Assembly: GCA_002269645.1 (NCBI GenBank)
Contig: NIVC01000414.1
Location: 372,001 to 436,000, forward strand
Source of the DNA: Macrostomum lignano
Lineage: Eukaryota
Direction of reading: 5' to 3'
DNA length: 64,000 nucleotides
Shown in pieces: positions 24,601-38,304 of this stretch (its first letter is position 1; every line of letters starts with the position of its first letter). The notes beneath the pieces were generated by a model. That model searched no databases. It was given only the letters and a program-made list of their open reading frames with translations, and was not told where the DNA came from. The position numbers and the translations under genes were made by a program.

Positions 24601-27600
24601 CACTGGTTTGTGTCCGGTTCTATTATTCACTGGTTTGTGTCCGGTTCTATTCACTGGTTTGTGTCCGGTTCTATTTCACTGGTTTGTGTCCGGTTCTATT
24701 CACTGGTTTGTGTCCGGTTCTATTCACTGGTTTGTGTCCGGTTCTATTCACTGGTTTGTGTCCGGTTCTATTATTCACTGGTTTGTGTCCGGTTCTATTC
24801 ACTGGTTTGTGTCCGGTTCTATTATTCACTGGTTTGTGTCCGGTTCTATTCACTGGTTTGTGTCCGGTTCTATTCACTGGTTTGTGTCCGGTTCTATTCA
24901 CTGGTTTGTGTCCGGTTCTATTCACTGGTTTGTGTCCGGTTCTATTCACTGGTGTGTGTCCGGTTCTATTCACTGGTTTGTGTCCGGTTCTATTCACTGG
25001 TTTGTGTCCGGTTCTATTCACTGGTGTGTGTCCGGTTCTATTCACTGGTTTGTGTCCGGTTCTATTCACTGGTTTGTGTCTGGTTCTATTCACTGGTTTG
25101 TGTCCGGTTATATTCACTGGTGTGTGTCCGGTTCTATTCACTGGTGTGTGTCCGGTTCTATTCACTGGTTTGTGTCCGGTTATTCACTGGTTTGTGTCCG
25201 GTTCTATTCACTGGTTTGTGTCCGGTTCTATTCACTGGTTTGTGTCCGATTCCATTCACTGGTTTGTGTCCGGTTCTATTCACTGGTGTGTCCGGTTCTA
25301 TTCACTGGTTGTGTCCGGTTCTATTCACTGGTTTGTGTCCGGTTCTATTCACTGGTTTGTGTCCGGTTCTATTCACTGGTTTGTGTCCGGTTCTATTCAC
25401 TGGTTTGTGTCCGGTTCTATTCACTGGTTTGTGTCCGGTTCTATTCACTGGTTTGTGTCCGGTTCTATTCACTGGTTTGTGTCCGGTTCTATTCACTGGT
25501 TTGTGTCCGGTTCTATTCACTGGTTTGTGTCCGGTTCTATTCACTGGTTTGTGTCCGGTTCTATTCACTGGTTTGTGTCCGGTTCTATTCACTGGTTTGT
25601 GTCCGGTTCTATTCACTGGTTTGTGTCCGGTTCTATTCACTGGTTTGTGTCCGGTTCTATTCACTGGTGTGTGTCCGGTTCTATTCACTGGTTTGTGTCC
25701 GGTTCTATTCACTGGTTTGTGTCCGGTTCTATTCACTGGTGTGTGTCCGGTTCTATTCACTGGTTTGTGTCCGGTTCTATTCACTGGTTTGTGTCGGTTC
25801 TATTCACTGGTTTGTGTCCGGTTCTATTCACTGGTGTGTGTCCGGTTCTATTCACTGGTTGTGTCCGGTTCTATTCACTGGTTTGTGTCCGGTTCTATTC
25901 ACTGGTGTGTGTCCGGTTCTATTCACTGGTTTGTGTCCGGTTCTATTCACTGGTTTGTGTCGGTTCTATTCACTGGTTTGTGTCCGGTTCTATTCACTGG
26001 TGTGTGTCCGGTTCTATTCACTGGTGTGTGTCCGGTTCTATTCACTGGTTTGTGTCCGGTTCTATTCACTGGTTTGTGTCCGGTTCTATTCACTGGTTGT
26101 GTCCGGTTCTATTCACTGGTTTGTGTCCGGTTCTATTCACTGGTTTGTGTCCGGTTCTATTCACTGGTTTGTGTCTGGTTCTATTCACTGGTTTGTGTCC
26201 GGTTCTATTCACTGGTTTGTGTCCGGTTCTATTCACTGGTTTGTGTCCGGTTCTATTCACTGGTTTGTGTCCGGTTCTATTCACTGGTTTGTGTCCGGTT
26301 CTATTCACTGGTTGTGTCCGGTTCTATTCACTGGTTTGTGTCCGGTTCTATTCACTGGTTTGTGTCCGGTTCTATTCACTGGTGTGTGTCCGGTTCTATT
26401 CACTGGTTGTGTCCGGTTCTATTCACTGGTTTGTGTCCGGTTCTATTCACTGGTGTGTGTCCGGTTCTATTCACTGGTTTGTGTCCGGTTCTATTCACTG
26501 GTTTGTGTCCGGTTCTATTCACTGGTGTGTGTCCGGTTCTATTCACTGGTTTGTGTCCGGTTCTATTCACTGGTTTGTGTCCGGTTCTATTCACTGGTGT
26601 GTGTCCGGTTCTATTCACTGGTTTGTGTCCGGTTCTATTCACTGGTTTGTGTCCGGTTCTATTCACTGGTTTGTGTCCGGTTCTATTCACTGGTGTGTGT
26701 CCGGTTCTATTCACTGGTTTGTGTCCGGTTCTATTCACTGGTTGTGTCCGGTTCTATTCACTGGTTGTGTCCGGTTCTATTCACTGGTGTGTGTCCGGTT
26801 CTATTCACTGGTGTGTGTCCGGTTCTATTCACTGGTGTGTCCGGTTCTATTCACTGGTGTGTCCGGTTCTATTCACTGGTTTGTGTCCGGTTCTATTCAC
26901 TGGTTTGTGTCCGGTTCTATTCACTGGTTGTGTCCGGTTCTATTCACTGGTGTGTGTCCGGTTCTATTCACTGGTTTGTGTCCGGTTCTATTCACTGGTT
27001 TGTGTCCGGTTCTATTCACTGGTTGTGTCCGGTTCTATTCACTGGTTTGTGTCCGGTTCTATTCACTGGTTTGTGTCCGGTTCTATTCACTGGTTTGTGT
27101 CCGGTTCTATTCACTGGTTGTGTCCGGTTCTATTCACTGGTTTGTGTCCGGTTCTATTCACTGGTTTGTGTCCGGTTCTATTCACTGGTTTGTGTCCGGT
27201 TCTATTCACTGGTTTGTGTCCGGTTCTATTCACTGGTTTGTGTCCGGTTCTATTCACTGGTTTGTGTCCGGTTCTATTCACTGGTTTGTGTCCGGTTCTA
27301 TTCACTGGTTTGTGTCCGGTTCTATTCACTGGTTTGTGTCCGGTTCTATTCACTGGTTTGTGTCCGGTTCTATTCACTGGTTTGTGTCCGGTTCTATTAT
27401 TCACTGGTTTGTGTCCGGTTCTATTACTGGTTTGTGTCCGGTTCTATTCACTGGTTTGTGTCCGGTTCTATTCACTGGTTTGTGTCCGGTTCTATTATTC
27501 ACTGGTTTGTGTCCGGTTCTATTCACTGGTTTGTGTCCGGTTCTATTCACTGGTTTGTGTCCGGTTCTATTCACTGGTTTGTGTCCGGTTCTATTCACTG

Positions 27601-30600
27601 GTTTGTGTCCGGTTCTATTCACTGGTTTGTGTCCGGTTCTATTCACTGGTTTGTGTCCGGTTCTATTCACTGGTTTGTGTCCGGTTCTATTCACTGGTGT
27701 GTGTCCGGTTCTATTCACTGGTTTGTGTCCGGTTCTATTCACTGGTTTGTGTCCGGTTCTATTCACTGGTGTGTGTCCGGTTCTATTCACTGGTTTGTGT
27801 CCGGTTCTATTCACTGGTTTGTGTCTGGTTCTATTCACTGGTTTGTGTCCGGTTATATTCACTGGTGTGTGTCGGTTCTATTCACTGGTGTGTGTCCGGT
27901 TCTATTCACTGGTTTGTGTCCGGTTCTATTCACTGGTTTGTGTCCGGTTCTATTCACTGGTTGTGTCCGGTTCTATTCACTGGTTTGTGTCCGGTTCTAT
28001 TCACTGGTTTGTGTCCGGTTCTATTCACTGGTTTGTGTCCGGTTCTATTCACTGGTGTGTGTCCGGTTCTATTCACTGGTTTGTGTCCGGTTCTATTCAC
28101 TGGTTTGTGTCCGGTTCTATTCACTGGTGTGTGTCCGGTTCTATTCACTGGTTTGTGTCCGGTTCTATTCACTGGTTTGTGTCCGGTTCTATTCACTGGT
28201 TTGTGTCCGGTTCTATTCACTGGTTTGTGTCCGGTTCTATTCACTGGTTTGTGTCCGGTTCTATTCACTGGTTTGTGTCCGGTTCTATTCACTGGTTTGT
28301 GTCCGGTTCTATTCACTGGTTTGTGTCCGGTTCTATTCACTGGTTTGTGTCCGGTTCTATTCACTGGTTTGTGTCCGGTTCTATTCACTGGTTTGTGTCC
28401 GGTTCTATTCACTGGTGTGTGTCGGTTCTATTCACTGGTTTGTGTCCGGTTCTATTCACTGGTTTGTGTCCGGTTCTATTCACTGGTGTGTGTCCGGTTC
28501 TATTCACTGGTTTGTGTCCGGTTCCATTCACTGGTTTGTGTCCGGTTCTATTCACTGGTGTGTCCGGTTCTATTCACTGGTTTGTGTCCGGTTCTATTCA
28601 CTGGTTTGTGTCCGGTTCTATTCACTGGTGTGTGTCCGGTTCTATTCACTGGTTTGTGTCCGGTTCTATTCACTGGTTTGTGTCCGGTTCTATTCACTGG
28701 TTTGTGTCCGGTTCTATTCACTGGTTTGTGTCCGGTTCTATTCACTGGTTTGTGTCCGGTTCTATTCACTGGTTTGTGTCCGGTTCTATTCACTGGTGTG
28801 TGTCCGGTTCTATTCACTGGTTTGTGTCCGGTTCTATTCACTGGTTTGTGTCCGGTTCTATTCACTGGTGTGTCCGGTTCTATTCACTGGTTTGTGTCCG
28901 GTTCTATTCACTGGTTTGTGTCCGGTTCTATTCACTGGTGTGTGTCCGGTTCTATTCACTGGTTTTGTCCGGTTCTATTCACTGGTTTGTGTCCGGTTCT
29001 ATTCACTGGTTTGTGTCCGGTTCTATTCACTGGTTTGTGTCCGGTTCTATTCACTGGTTTGTGTCCGGTTCTATTCACTGGTTTGTGTCCGGTTCTATTC
29101 ACTGGTTTGTGTCCGGTTCTATTCACTGGTTTGTGTCCGGTTCTATTCACTGGTTTGTGTCCGGTTCTATTCACTGGTTTGTGTCTGGTTCTATTCACTG
29201 GTTTGTGTCCGGTTCTATTCACTGGTGTGTGTCGGGTTCTATTCACTGGTTTGTGTCCGGTTCTATTCACTGGTTTGTGTCCGGTTCTATTCACTGGTTT
29301 GTGTCCGGTTCTATTCACTGGTTTGTGTCCGGTTCTAAACACTGGTTTGTGTCTGGTTCTATTCACTGGTTTGTGTCCGGTTATATTCACTGGTGTGTGT
29401 CGGGTTCTATTCACTGGTGTGTGTCCGGTTCTATTCACTGGTTTGTGTCCGGTTCTATTCACTGGTTTGTGTCCGGTTCTATTCACTGGTTTGTGTCCGG
29501 TTCTATTCACTGGTTTGTGTCCGGTTCTATTCACTGGTTTGTGTCCGGTTCTATTCACTGGTTTGTGTCCGGTTCTATTCACTGGTTGTGTCCGGTTCTA
29601 TTCACTGGTTTGTGTCCGGTTCTATTCACTGGTTTGTGTCCGGTTCTATTCACTGGTGTGTGTCTGGTTCTATTCACTGGTTTGTGTCCGGTTCTATTCA
29701 CTGGTTTGTGTCCGGTTCTATTCACTGGTTTGTGTCCGGTTCTATTCACTGGTTTGTGTCCGGTTCTATTCACTGGTGTGTGTCCGGTTCTATTCACTGG
29801 TTTGTGTCCGGTTCTATTCACTGGTTTGTGTCCGGTTCTATTCACTGGTTTGTGTCCGGTTCTATTCACTGGTGTGTGTCGGTTCTATTCACTGGTTTGT
29901 GTCCGGTTCTATTCACTGGTTTGTGTCCGGTTCTATTCACTGGTTTGTGTCCGGTTCTATTCACTGGTTTGTGTCCGGTTCTATTCACTGGTTTGTGTCC
30001 GGTTCTATTCACTGGTTTGTGTCCGGTTCTATTCACTGGTTTGTGTCCGGTTCTATTCACTGGTTTGTGTCCGGTTCTATTCACTGGTTGTGTCCGGTTC
30101 TATTCACTGGTTTGTGTCCGGTTCTATTCACTGGTTTGTGTCCGGTTCTATTCACTGGTTGTGTCCGGTTCTATTCACTGGTTTGTGTCCGGTTCTATTC
30201 ACTGGTTTGTGTCCGGTTCTATTCACTGGTTTGTGTCCGGTTCTATTCACTGGTTTGTGTCCGGTTCTATTCACTGGTTTGTGTCCGGTTCTATTCACTG
30301 GTGTGTGTCCGGTTCTATTCACTGGTTTGTGTCCGGTTCTATTCACTGGTTTGTGTCCGGTTCTATTCACTGGTTTGTGTCCGGTTCTATTCACTGGTTT
30401 GTGTCCGGTTCTATTCACTGGTTTGTGTCCGGTTCTATTCACTGGTTTGTGTCCGGTTCTATTCACTGGTTTGTGTCCGGTTCTATTCACTGGTTTGTGT
30501 CCGGTTCTATTCACTGGTTTGTGTCCGGTTCTATTCACTGGTTTGTGTCCGGTTCTATTCACTGGTTTGTGTCCGGTTCTATTCACTGGTTGTGTCCGGT

Positions 30601-32724
30601 TCTATTCACTGGTGTGTGTCGGTTCTATTCACTGGTTTGTGTCCGGTTCTATTCACTGGTTTGTGTCCGGTTCTATTCACTGGTTTGTGTCCGGTTCTAT
30701 TCACTGGTTTGTGTCCGGTTCTATTCACTGGTTTGTGTCCGGTTCTATTCACTGGTTTGTGTCCGGTTCTATTCACTGGTTTGTGTCCGGTTCTATTCAC
30801 TGGTGTGTGTCCGGTTCTATTCACTGGTTTGTGTCCGGTTCTATTCACTGGTTTGTGTCCGGTTCTATTCACTGGTTTGTGTCCGGTTCTATTCACTGGT
30901 GTGTGTCGGTTCTATTCACTGGTTTGTGTCCGGTTCTATTCACTGGTTTGTGTCCGGTTCTATTCACTGGTTGTGTCCGGTTCTATTCACTGGTTTGTGT
31001 CCGGTTCTATTCACTGGTTTGTGTCCGGTTCTATTCACTGGTTTGTGTCCGGTTCTATTCACTGGTTTGTGTCGGTTCTATTCACTGGTTTGTGTCCGGT
31101 TCTATTCACTGGTTTGTGTCCGGTTCTATTCACTGGTTTGTGTCCGGTTCTATTCACTGGTTTGTGTCCGGTTCTATTCACTGGTTTGTGTCCGGTTCTA
31201 TTCACTGGTTTGTGTCCGGTTCTATTCACTGGTTTGTGTCGGTTCTATTCACTGGTGTGTGTCGGTTCTATTCACTGGTTTGTGTCCGGTTCTATTCACT
31301 GGTTTGTGTCCGGTTCTATTCACTGGTGTTGTGTCCGGTTCTATTCACTGGTTTGTGTCCGGTTCTATTCACTGGTTTGTGTCCGGTTCTATTCACTGGT
31401 TTGTGTCCGGTTCTATTCACTGGTGTGTGTCCGGTTCTATTCACTGGTTTGTGTCCGGTTCTATTCACTGGTTTGTGTCCGGTTCTATTCACTGGTTTGT
31501 GTCCGGTTCTATTCACTGGTTTGTGTCCGGTTCTATTCACTGGTTTGTGTCGGTTCTATTCACTGGTGTGTGTCCGGTTCTATTCACTGGTTTGTGTCCG
31601 GTTCTATTCACTGGTTTGTGTCCGGTTCTATTCACTGGTTTGTGTCCGGTTCTATTCACTGGTTTGTGTCCGGTTATATTCACTGGTGTGTGTCGGGTTC
31701 TATTCACTGGTTTGTGTCCGGTTCTATTCACTGGTTTGTGTCCGGTTCTATTCACTGGTGTGTGTCCGGTTCTATTCACTGGTTTGTGTCCGGTTCTATT
31801 CACTGGTTTGTGTCCGGTTCTATTCACTGGTGTGTGTCGGTTCTATTCACTGGTTTGTGTCCGGTTCTATTCACTGGTTTGTGTCCGGTTCTATTCACTG
31901 GTGTGTGTCTGGTTCTATTCACTGGTTTGTGTCCGGTTCTATTCACTGGTTTGTGTCCGGTTCTATTCACTGGTTTGTGTCTGGTTCTATTCACTGGTTT
32001 GTGTCGGTTATATTCACTGGTGTGTGTCGGTTCTATTCACTGGTTTGTGTCCGGTTCTATTCACTGGTTTGTGTCCGGTTCTATTCACTGGTGTGTGTCC
32101 GGTTCTATTCACTGGTTTGTGTCCGATTCTATTCACTGGTTTGTGTCCGGTTCTATTCACTGGTTTGTGTCCGGTTCTATTCACTGGTTTGTGTCCGGTT
32201 CTATTCACTGGTTTGTGTCCGGTTCTATTCACTGGTGTGTGTCCGGTTCTATTCACTGGTTTGTGTCCGGTTCTATTCACTGGTTTGTGTCCGGTTCTAT
32301 TCACTGGTTTGTGTCCGGTTCTATTCACTGGTGTGTGTCCGGTTCTATTCACTGGTGTGTGTCCGGTTCTGTTCACTGGTTTGTGTCCGGTTATATTCAC
32401 TGGTGTGTGTCGGGTTCTATTCACTGGTTTGTGTCCGGTTCTATTCACTGGTTTGTGTCCGGTTCTATTCACTGGTGTGTGTCCGGTTCTATTATTCACT
32501 GGTTTGTGTCCGGTTCTATTATTCACTGGTTTGTGTCCGGTTCTATTATTCACTGGTTTGTGTCCGGTTCTATTATTCACTGGTTTTTGTCCGGTTCTAT
32601 TCACTGGTTTGTGTCCGGTTCTATTATTCACTGGTTTGTGTCCGGTTCTATTATTCACTGGTTTGTGTCCGGTTCTATTATTCACTGGTTTGTGTCCGGT
32701 TCTATTATTCACTGGTTTGTGTCC
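15688..32724. repeat. 24-bp satellite array (TCCGGTTCTATTCACTGGTTTGTG), about 700 copies, 17 kb
   Basis: 24-nt period with recurrent variants (GGTG/GGTT, TATATT, AAAC, 27-bp TATTATT). Confidence 0.99.
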
Positions 32725-34549
32725 TCTCAGCATCTCAGAATCTCCCAGCATCTCAGAATCTCTCAGCGTCTTAATCTTGAGAGATTTTAGAATTGTGTAC
32801 CGTTATTAAAACAAAATGCGAGAAAATAATTTCTCAGATTCATTTTCGGTTTTAAACTCAAAGAAAAACAAGCACTTTTGGCATTAATGAATCCTAATAG
32901 TAGTATAAAATGGAACCCAGCTAAACCATAATCGCATGCAGGCCGCAAAAGCAGCAGAGAATGGCTGAAAAGCACAGATTATGCGATTCTTGAGCTTTCC
33001 AGTGCAATCAGAGTGGCCTCTCATGCACTGTGAGCTCCTCAACCGACTGACAATTTCATCTTTTCACAAAGCTTTCAAAACTCGCGTCAACAGTTAAATT
33101 AAAGATGTAGCTCTCTTGCCCAGTGTTGCTTTCGACCCTTGACGTCAGTGTCAGCTGATTCTTGGGGCTGCATGGCTGCCCTTCTCAGGTGAGCTCTGCG
33201 CGACTCTCTTATCGGGAAGAGCTTGTTTTGATCTGCGTTGCGGCTTCGGTGGCTCCACTAATCTTGTTTTCTACAGGGGCGGAATTTAGGTGCGACCTGC
33301 GGCTCTTTTGTGTTTTTCGGTCTGGCCTTGCTGCAAAGCTGAAGCCTTGTTTGGTTATTGTCTTTGTGAGACACCTCACAGGCACCCCAGTGTCCAGTTC
33401 GACCTTCGCCTGCCTCGGTCATATGTGACTCCGACAGGTAACATGTTCAGCTAGGACTTTGAACCAAGTAAGAGCTCACATTGTAGGGTACCTAGGCTAA
33501 GCCTTGATCCTAAGCACCTGCTCATGGATCTGATGCTCTCCAGCCAGCCTCCCAGCCTGTCTATATATGGTTTATTTAAGCAATGAAAACCAAGCACTCA
33601 TGCCTAATGCTCAGAAATTCGCAGAAAGTTAACAGCTGAAGAAGTATTTCCTCTGATTAAGCAAAGCTCAACTCGACGTGCTTCAGCTTGCATTGGGCAC
33701 TCACAGAGCCGCAGGCGGGCCATCTCCACTGCAGACACTGCTATGGGCTGCCGAGTCTTCAGTGCAGGAGCTGCCTCGAGTCCCGCTTATCTGCTCTGCG
33801 AGACTTCTGCATGCTGCACTTGGAGAGCAAAACACGTACTGGCATGAGGCGCACAGTCTTTCGATACTGAGAGGCCTAAATTATTGATCGTGAAACTATC
33901 ATACTGCACGGACCGCTCTGAATACACACAACAAGCACAGATTAAAACGGCCCAATTGGAGCCACCATAAGCAACAATTACATAAATGAAATAGGAAGTT
34001 ATACGATTTATTATATATTTATTATTTTATATAACTAAGATATATAGTGGCGGCCAATTCTGGCTAATAATTTGCATAAAAAAGTTGTCTTCATCTGGAG
34101 ATACCAGCAAAGCAGTGATGCAGCTCATATATTTATTCATGAAGTTGAATCTTTACGCGATTGCACCGATCGTCAGCAGGCAAAAAAGTAAATTAGACAG
34201 ACAGAATTATCCAACAACAAAGGCGCGGTCGAAAAAAATACAAACAGAATAAAAGCGACAAACTGGGCCTACAGATGAAGCAGCTCAGAGTTGCCTCCGA
34301 ATCGGCAATCAGAGAATAATTGTGACTCCTGCAAGCACTCAGGGTCTGGAATCTGCTCTGCTTGCTGTGCTCATTGCCTTATTTATAGGCTCTCATTTTG
34401 AGGCCGAATGCATTCCGTCAGCTGATCCGTGCCTGACAACCGCAGAGTGAGCCACTTCCTGCATTGAGTTGCTTTTGTTCTGGAAGCACCGCTGATTCCG
34501 GAGGGAATCCCACGAATAAACAGCCTGTTAGCTAGAGGGTTGCGTGTTG

Positions 34550-34915
34550 GTGGGTGATTGGGATGCTGGGTGATGGGGATGCTGGGTGATGAGGATGCTG
34601 GGTGATGGGGATGCTGGGTGATGGAGATGCTGGGTGATGGGGATGCTGGGTGATGAGGATGCTGGGTGATGGGATGGTGGGTGATGGGGATGCAGGGTGA
34701 TGGGGATGGTGGGTGATGGGGATGCTGGGTGATCGGGATGCTGGGTGATGGGGATGCTGGGTGATGGGGATGGTGGGTGATGGGGATGGTGGGTGATGGG
34801 GATGCAGGGTGATGGGGATGGTGGGTGATGGGGATGCTGGGTGATCGGGATGCTGGGTGATGGGGATGCTGGGTGATGGGGATGCTGGGTGATGGGGATG
34901 CTGGGTGATGGGGAT
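34550..34915. repeat. 16-bp minisatellite (TGGGTGATGGGGATGC)
   Basis: 16-nt period. Confidence 0.92.
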
Positions 34916-34979
34916 GCTAAATGTAGTGTGGGTGATGTGTGCATGCTGTGTAATGCTTCAGTTGTATGCACAGTAGAGC

Positions 34980-35168
34980 AGAGCTGCCTCTACTCTCTCC
35001 GCAGCTGCCTCTACTCTCTCTGCAGCTGCCTCTACTCTCTCCGCAGCTGCCTCTACTCTCTCTGCAGCTGCCTCTACTCTCTCCGCAGCTGGCTCTACTC
35101 TCTCTGCAGCTGCCTCTACTCTCTCTGCAGCTGGCTCTACTCTCTCTGCAGCTGCCTCTACTCTCTCT
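34980..35168. repeat. 21-bp minisatellite (AGCTGCCTCTACTCTCTCTGC)
   Basis: 21-nt period; single-copy homologue at about 3292-3312. Confidence 0.92.
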
Positions 35169-35827
35169 GGAAAAGTCGTCAGGTTCCACTTTGATTGATT
35201 CGTCACGAAAAGCTCACTAAATAGCGACAGAAGCTGATGGCAAACAGCAAAGAGCTTGAGTACAGATTGGCATTTGAGCAGCTTCACAGCTTGAGGGTGG
35301 GCAGAGAGTAAAAGATTGTTGCGAAAGAGAAAGCAGAGAAAAGGAAACAGCTAAAAAGTTGGCGCTTGAAATGAGAAAAGTTCATGGGTGCATCTGGCAC
35401 TCAGTCACGGGGGAATCGAAGCTTTTTGGCCCATCTATGCCTGCGGCAAATTTATACAAAAGTTCTGGAATAAATTGTTTGAAAAGTTGGAAAAGTTGAG
35501 TAGGCTTTCTTAAAACTTAAATCAACAAATTTTAATGGTTTAACAAATTTCCAGATTTACTCCAGATCCGAGAAAATTCCGTCTGCTAGAAAGTATCCCC
35601 CATGCCCGCATATCCGTGTTCTGAAAAAGTATTTGTCATTTGATTCGAACAATCAAAGCGCCACTTGAAGTACAGAGTTAGGGAAAGTTCAAAAGCCAAG
35701 TATTGCACGCTAGACTGCTAAAAAAAGAAGTTTTCGATCAATTTCAATTTACGCGTACCATGCGTATAAAAAATCTTCACAGACAGTTTTTCAAGCATCT
35801 CGGCTTAGAGCTGCGACTCAGAAAATT

Positions 35828-35870
35828 CCCGTCAGGAACTCGTGCTTCAGCAGCTGCTGTGCTGACTTTC
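35828..35870 (-). pseudogene. Remnant of kinase C-terminus (SAQQLLKHEFLTG)
   Basis: Matches SAHELLEHEFLTG of the intact kinase. Flank 35770-35835 matches 49300-49385. Confidence 0.65.
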
Positions 35871-36218
35871 GCTCGCTGTTTTATTGTAAAAATCTGTAAT
35901 ATTAACAGAAAATAACAAAGAAAGTTCAGATGTTAAAGTTAAACTTAACTGTCACAGCAAAATGCTTGCTGGTCTCTCACAGCTCGCAGGCAGCTGAACA
36001 TTAATATTCAACTGGCAATCTGCAGTCAAACTGCACTGCAAACTCCCTCAATGCATTTCAGTCAGTCCCTGCTGCCCATTTAAACTACAAAAATGTAAAA
36101 ATGCCCACTCAGAGCAACTGCAGTCAGCTGCTCAATATTCAATCATAAATTACAGCATAATGTTTATCAATGATACATCAAAGTCAGAGAGACATTCTCA
36201 GTCGCCATGGAAACTCAC

Positions 36219-38304
36219 CCACGCAGCAGCTCAACCAGTTCGCTCTTTTCCCACTTTGTGGCCAAACGCAGCGCAGTCTTGCTGAATTTGTCCTTCAGGC
36301 TCCAATCCGCCCCTGAGTCCAGCAGAACCCGACCGACTGCGGCGGCGGTGGCGGGGGGCGCAAAGGCTGCATGCATGAGGGGCGTGAATTCACACAGACC
36401 CCTGGCATTGGCGGAGGCTCCGGCAGACAGCAGAGCGGAGGCTGCGGCAGAATTGCCAGCCCTGGCTGCCCACTGCAGGTAACTGATACCCCATATATTC
36501 GCACAGGTGGGGTCACCCAACTGCACCAGCTGCTCCCACAGAGCCTCATCACCGCACGAGCTGTTTCCAGCTGCCAACATCAACGCGGTGACACCCAAAC
36601 TGTAAGGCAGGTCGCAGTTGCCGCGGTTCGCCGCTCGCCGCAGCCCTGCCGAGTCGCCCGCCTTGGCCAGCCGCTGCAGTTCCTGTCGATCCGTCTCCTC
36701 CTGCAAAGGCGAGCGGGAAATTTGAGCACAGCTGCTCAGCTGCAGCCGCATCGGCACCGCAGATGCCGCTCACCTGATCTGTCAGGCCGGAGATCTCGCC
36801 ATGTGCATCCACAACCAGCCGCATCTCCCTGCAACAGCAAAAATGAGCAGCGAATTTGCAATTTTCTCAAATCCGACAACTACGATCGCGAAAACAATTT
36901 TGTAGTTGTAAATTTAGAATTTAGTAAACAGAAATTCTTAATTCTCTGAGCTGCTCGCAGATGGAGTTTTTGAGAGGACTGCAGCAGCTCTGCAACAATC
37001 AGCATTGGCGAGAGCGCATCCGACTTCTCACACGCAGCTCATTTTCCATTTCTGCAGCATGAGTTTCCTTCCATCTCACAATGTCTCACAAAACACTCAC
37101 GCACAGCCTCCCAGTTCTCCATCTGCAGCTCAACCCACACACTCTCACTGCACAGCGAGGCCCTACAGCTTCCATTTTCGACTGAGATCAACCGGCACCT
37201 CATTGGCTGGGAGGCAGCCAGCCAATCACAGCTCTGCCCCATCAAGCAGTCAGACAGAGACAAGCTCAGCTGACTGGCTCTGATTGGCTGGCCTGAGACT
37301 GCAGCTCTGGCCACCCCAGCCGAATGCTGCAAAACTTGATGGACACAGCAGCGAACTGCTCACTCACCGCTCGATGTAGCTGGCCAGCTCTGAGTGGCCG
37401 CTGAACCTCGCCAGGTCCGACGCCGTCCGACCCTCGAGATCTTTCTTTTTGAGCAGCCGCGACCTCTTCAAGTTTCCTTGCCCAAAGCACCCATTGAGCC
37501 CGTACTGCCAGAGCAGGTGCAGCAGGTGCTTGGCGCATTTCCAGCTTCCAGTCCGCGCCGCCTCCATCAGCGGAGTGGCGCCGTTGTCGTTCCGCAGCCA
37601 CTTCGCATCGAACGACAGCAGCGCCAGCAGCCGCAGGTGGTCCCGCCGGGCTGCCAGGTGCGCAGCCGTGTCGCCGTTCGCGTCAGCCGCCTTGGGGTTC
37701 GCGCCCAGCTCAAATAAGTACAAGATGCACTTTTCAGTGTGCACGGGAGTCTCAGGAGCGTCGGCCGCCAGCATGAGGACGGTCCGACGAGCTGCATCAG
37801 CGCTGGTGACCAGCTGGCGCGTTGCCAGCCGTTGCACCCGGCCGAAGTCACCTCGGATGACGTCGTGGGCGAGAGTCTGGAGATCGGCTGGTGAGTCTCC
37901 GACGCTTGCCCGGTTGCTGGGGTCCGGCTGAGTGAGTTTCTGCAACTGCAATTGAGGCATCCAAGCTGCACATTCAAACATGTGAGTGAGTTCCTGCAAC
38001 TGCAATTGAGGCACCCAAGCTGCACATTCAAACATGTGAGTGAGTTCCTGCAACTGCAATTGAGGCACCCAAGCTGCACATTCAAACATGTGAGTGAGTT
38101 GCTGCAACTGCAATTGAGGCACCCAAGCTGCTCATTCAAACATGTGAGTGAGTTGCTGCAACTGCAATTGAGGCACCCAAGCTGCACATTCAAACATGTG
38201 AGTTCCTGCAACTGCAATCAAGCCAACAGATATTATTATGCTTTCAGTTCTTTACTCGAACTTACTTTCTCGTCAGGAAATGGTGGTTTGCCTTGCCAAG
38301 CCAT
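36219..38304 (-). CDS. ANK gene copy 3 lacking linker and effector exons. Exons: 38266-38304, 37368-37939, 36774-36828, 36219-36700
   Basis: MAWQGKPPFPDEK|GTAAGT; exons A, 55-nt and B are open with canonical phase-matched splice sites. No linker exon follows. May be a pseudogene or an ANK-only gene. Confidence 0.75.
37930..38215. repeat. 54/50-bp tandem repeat containing the exon A splice acceptor
   Basis: Unit GAGTGAGTTCCTGCAACTGCAATTGAGGCACCCAAGCTGCACATTCAAACATGT, about 5 copies. Confidence 0.9.

Noticed and set aside
13337-32809. Giant ORFs of up to 4369 aa in the ORF track
   Set aside because: They arise because the 13-bp and 24-bp monomers lack stop codons in several frames. They switch frame at indels and show no selection for one frame.
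36207-37931. Plus-strand ORFs overlapping the ANK exons (METHPRSSS..., MAAEPRQV...)
   Set aside because: Antisense shadows of GC-rich coding exons; the minus strand carries the motifs and splice sites.
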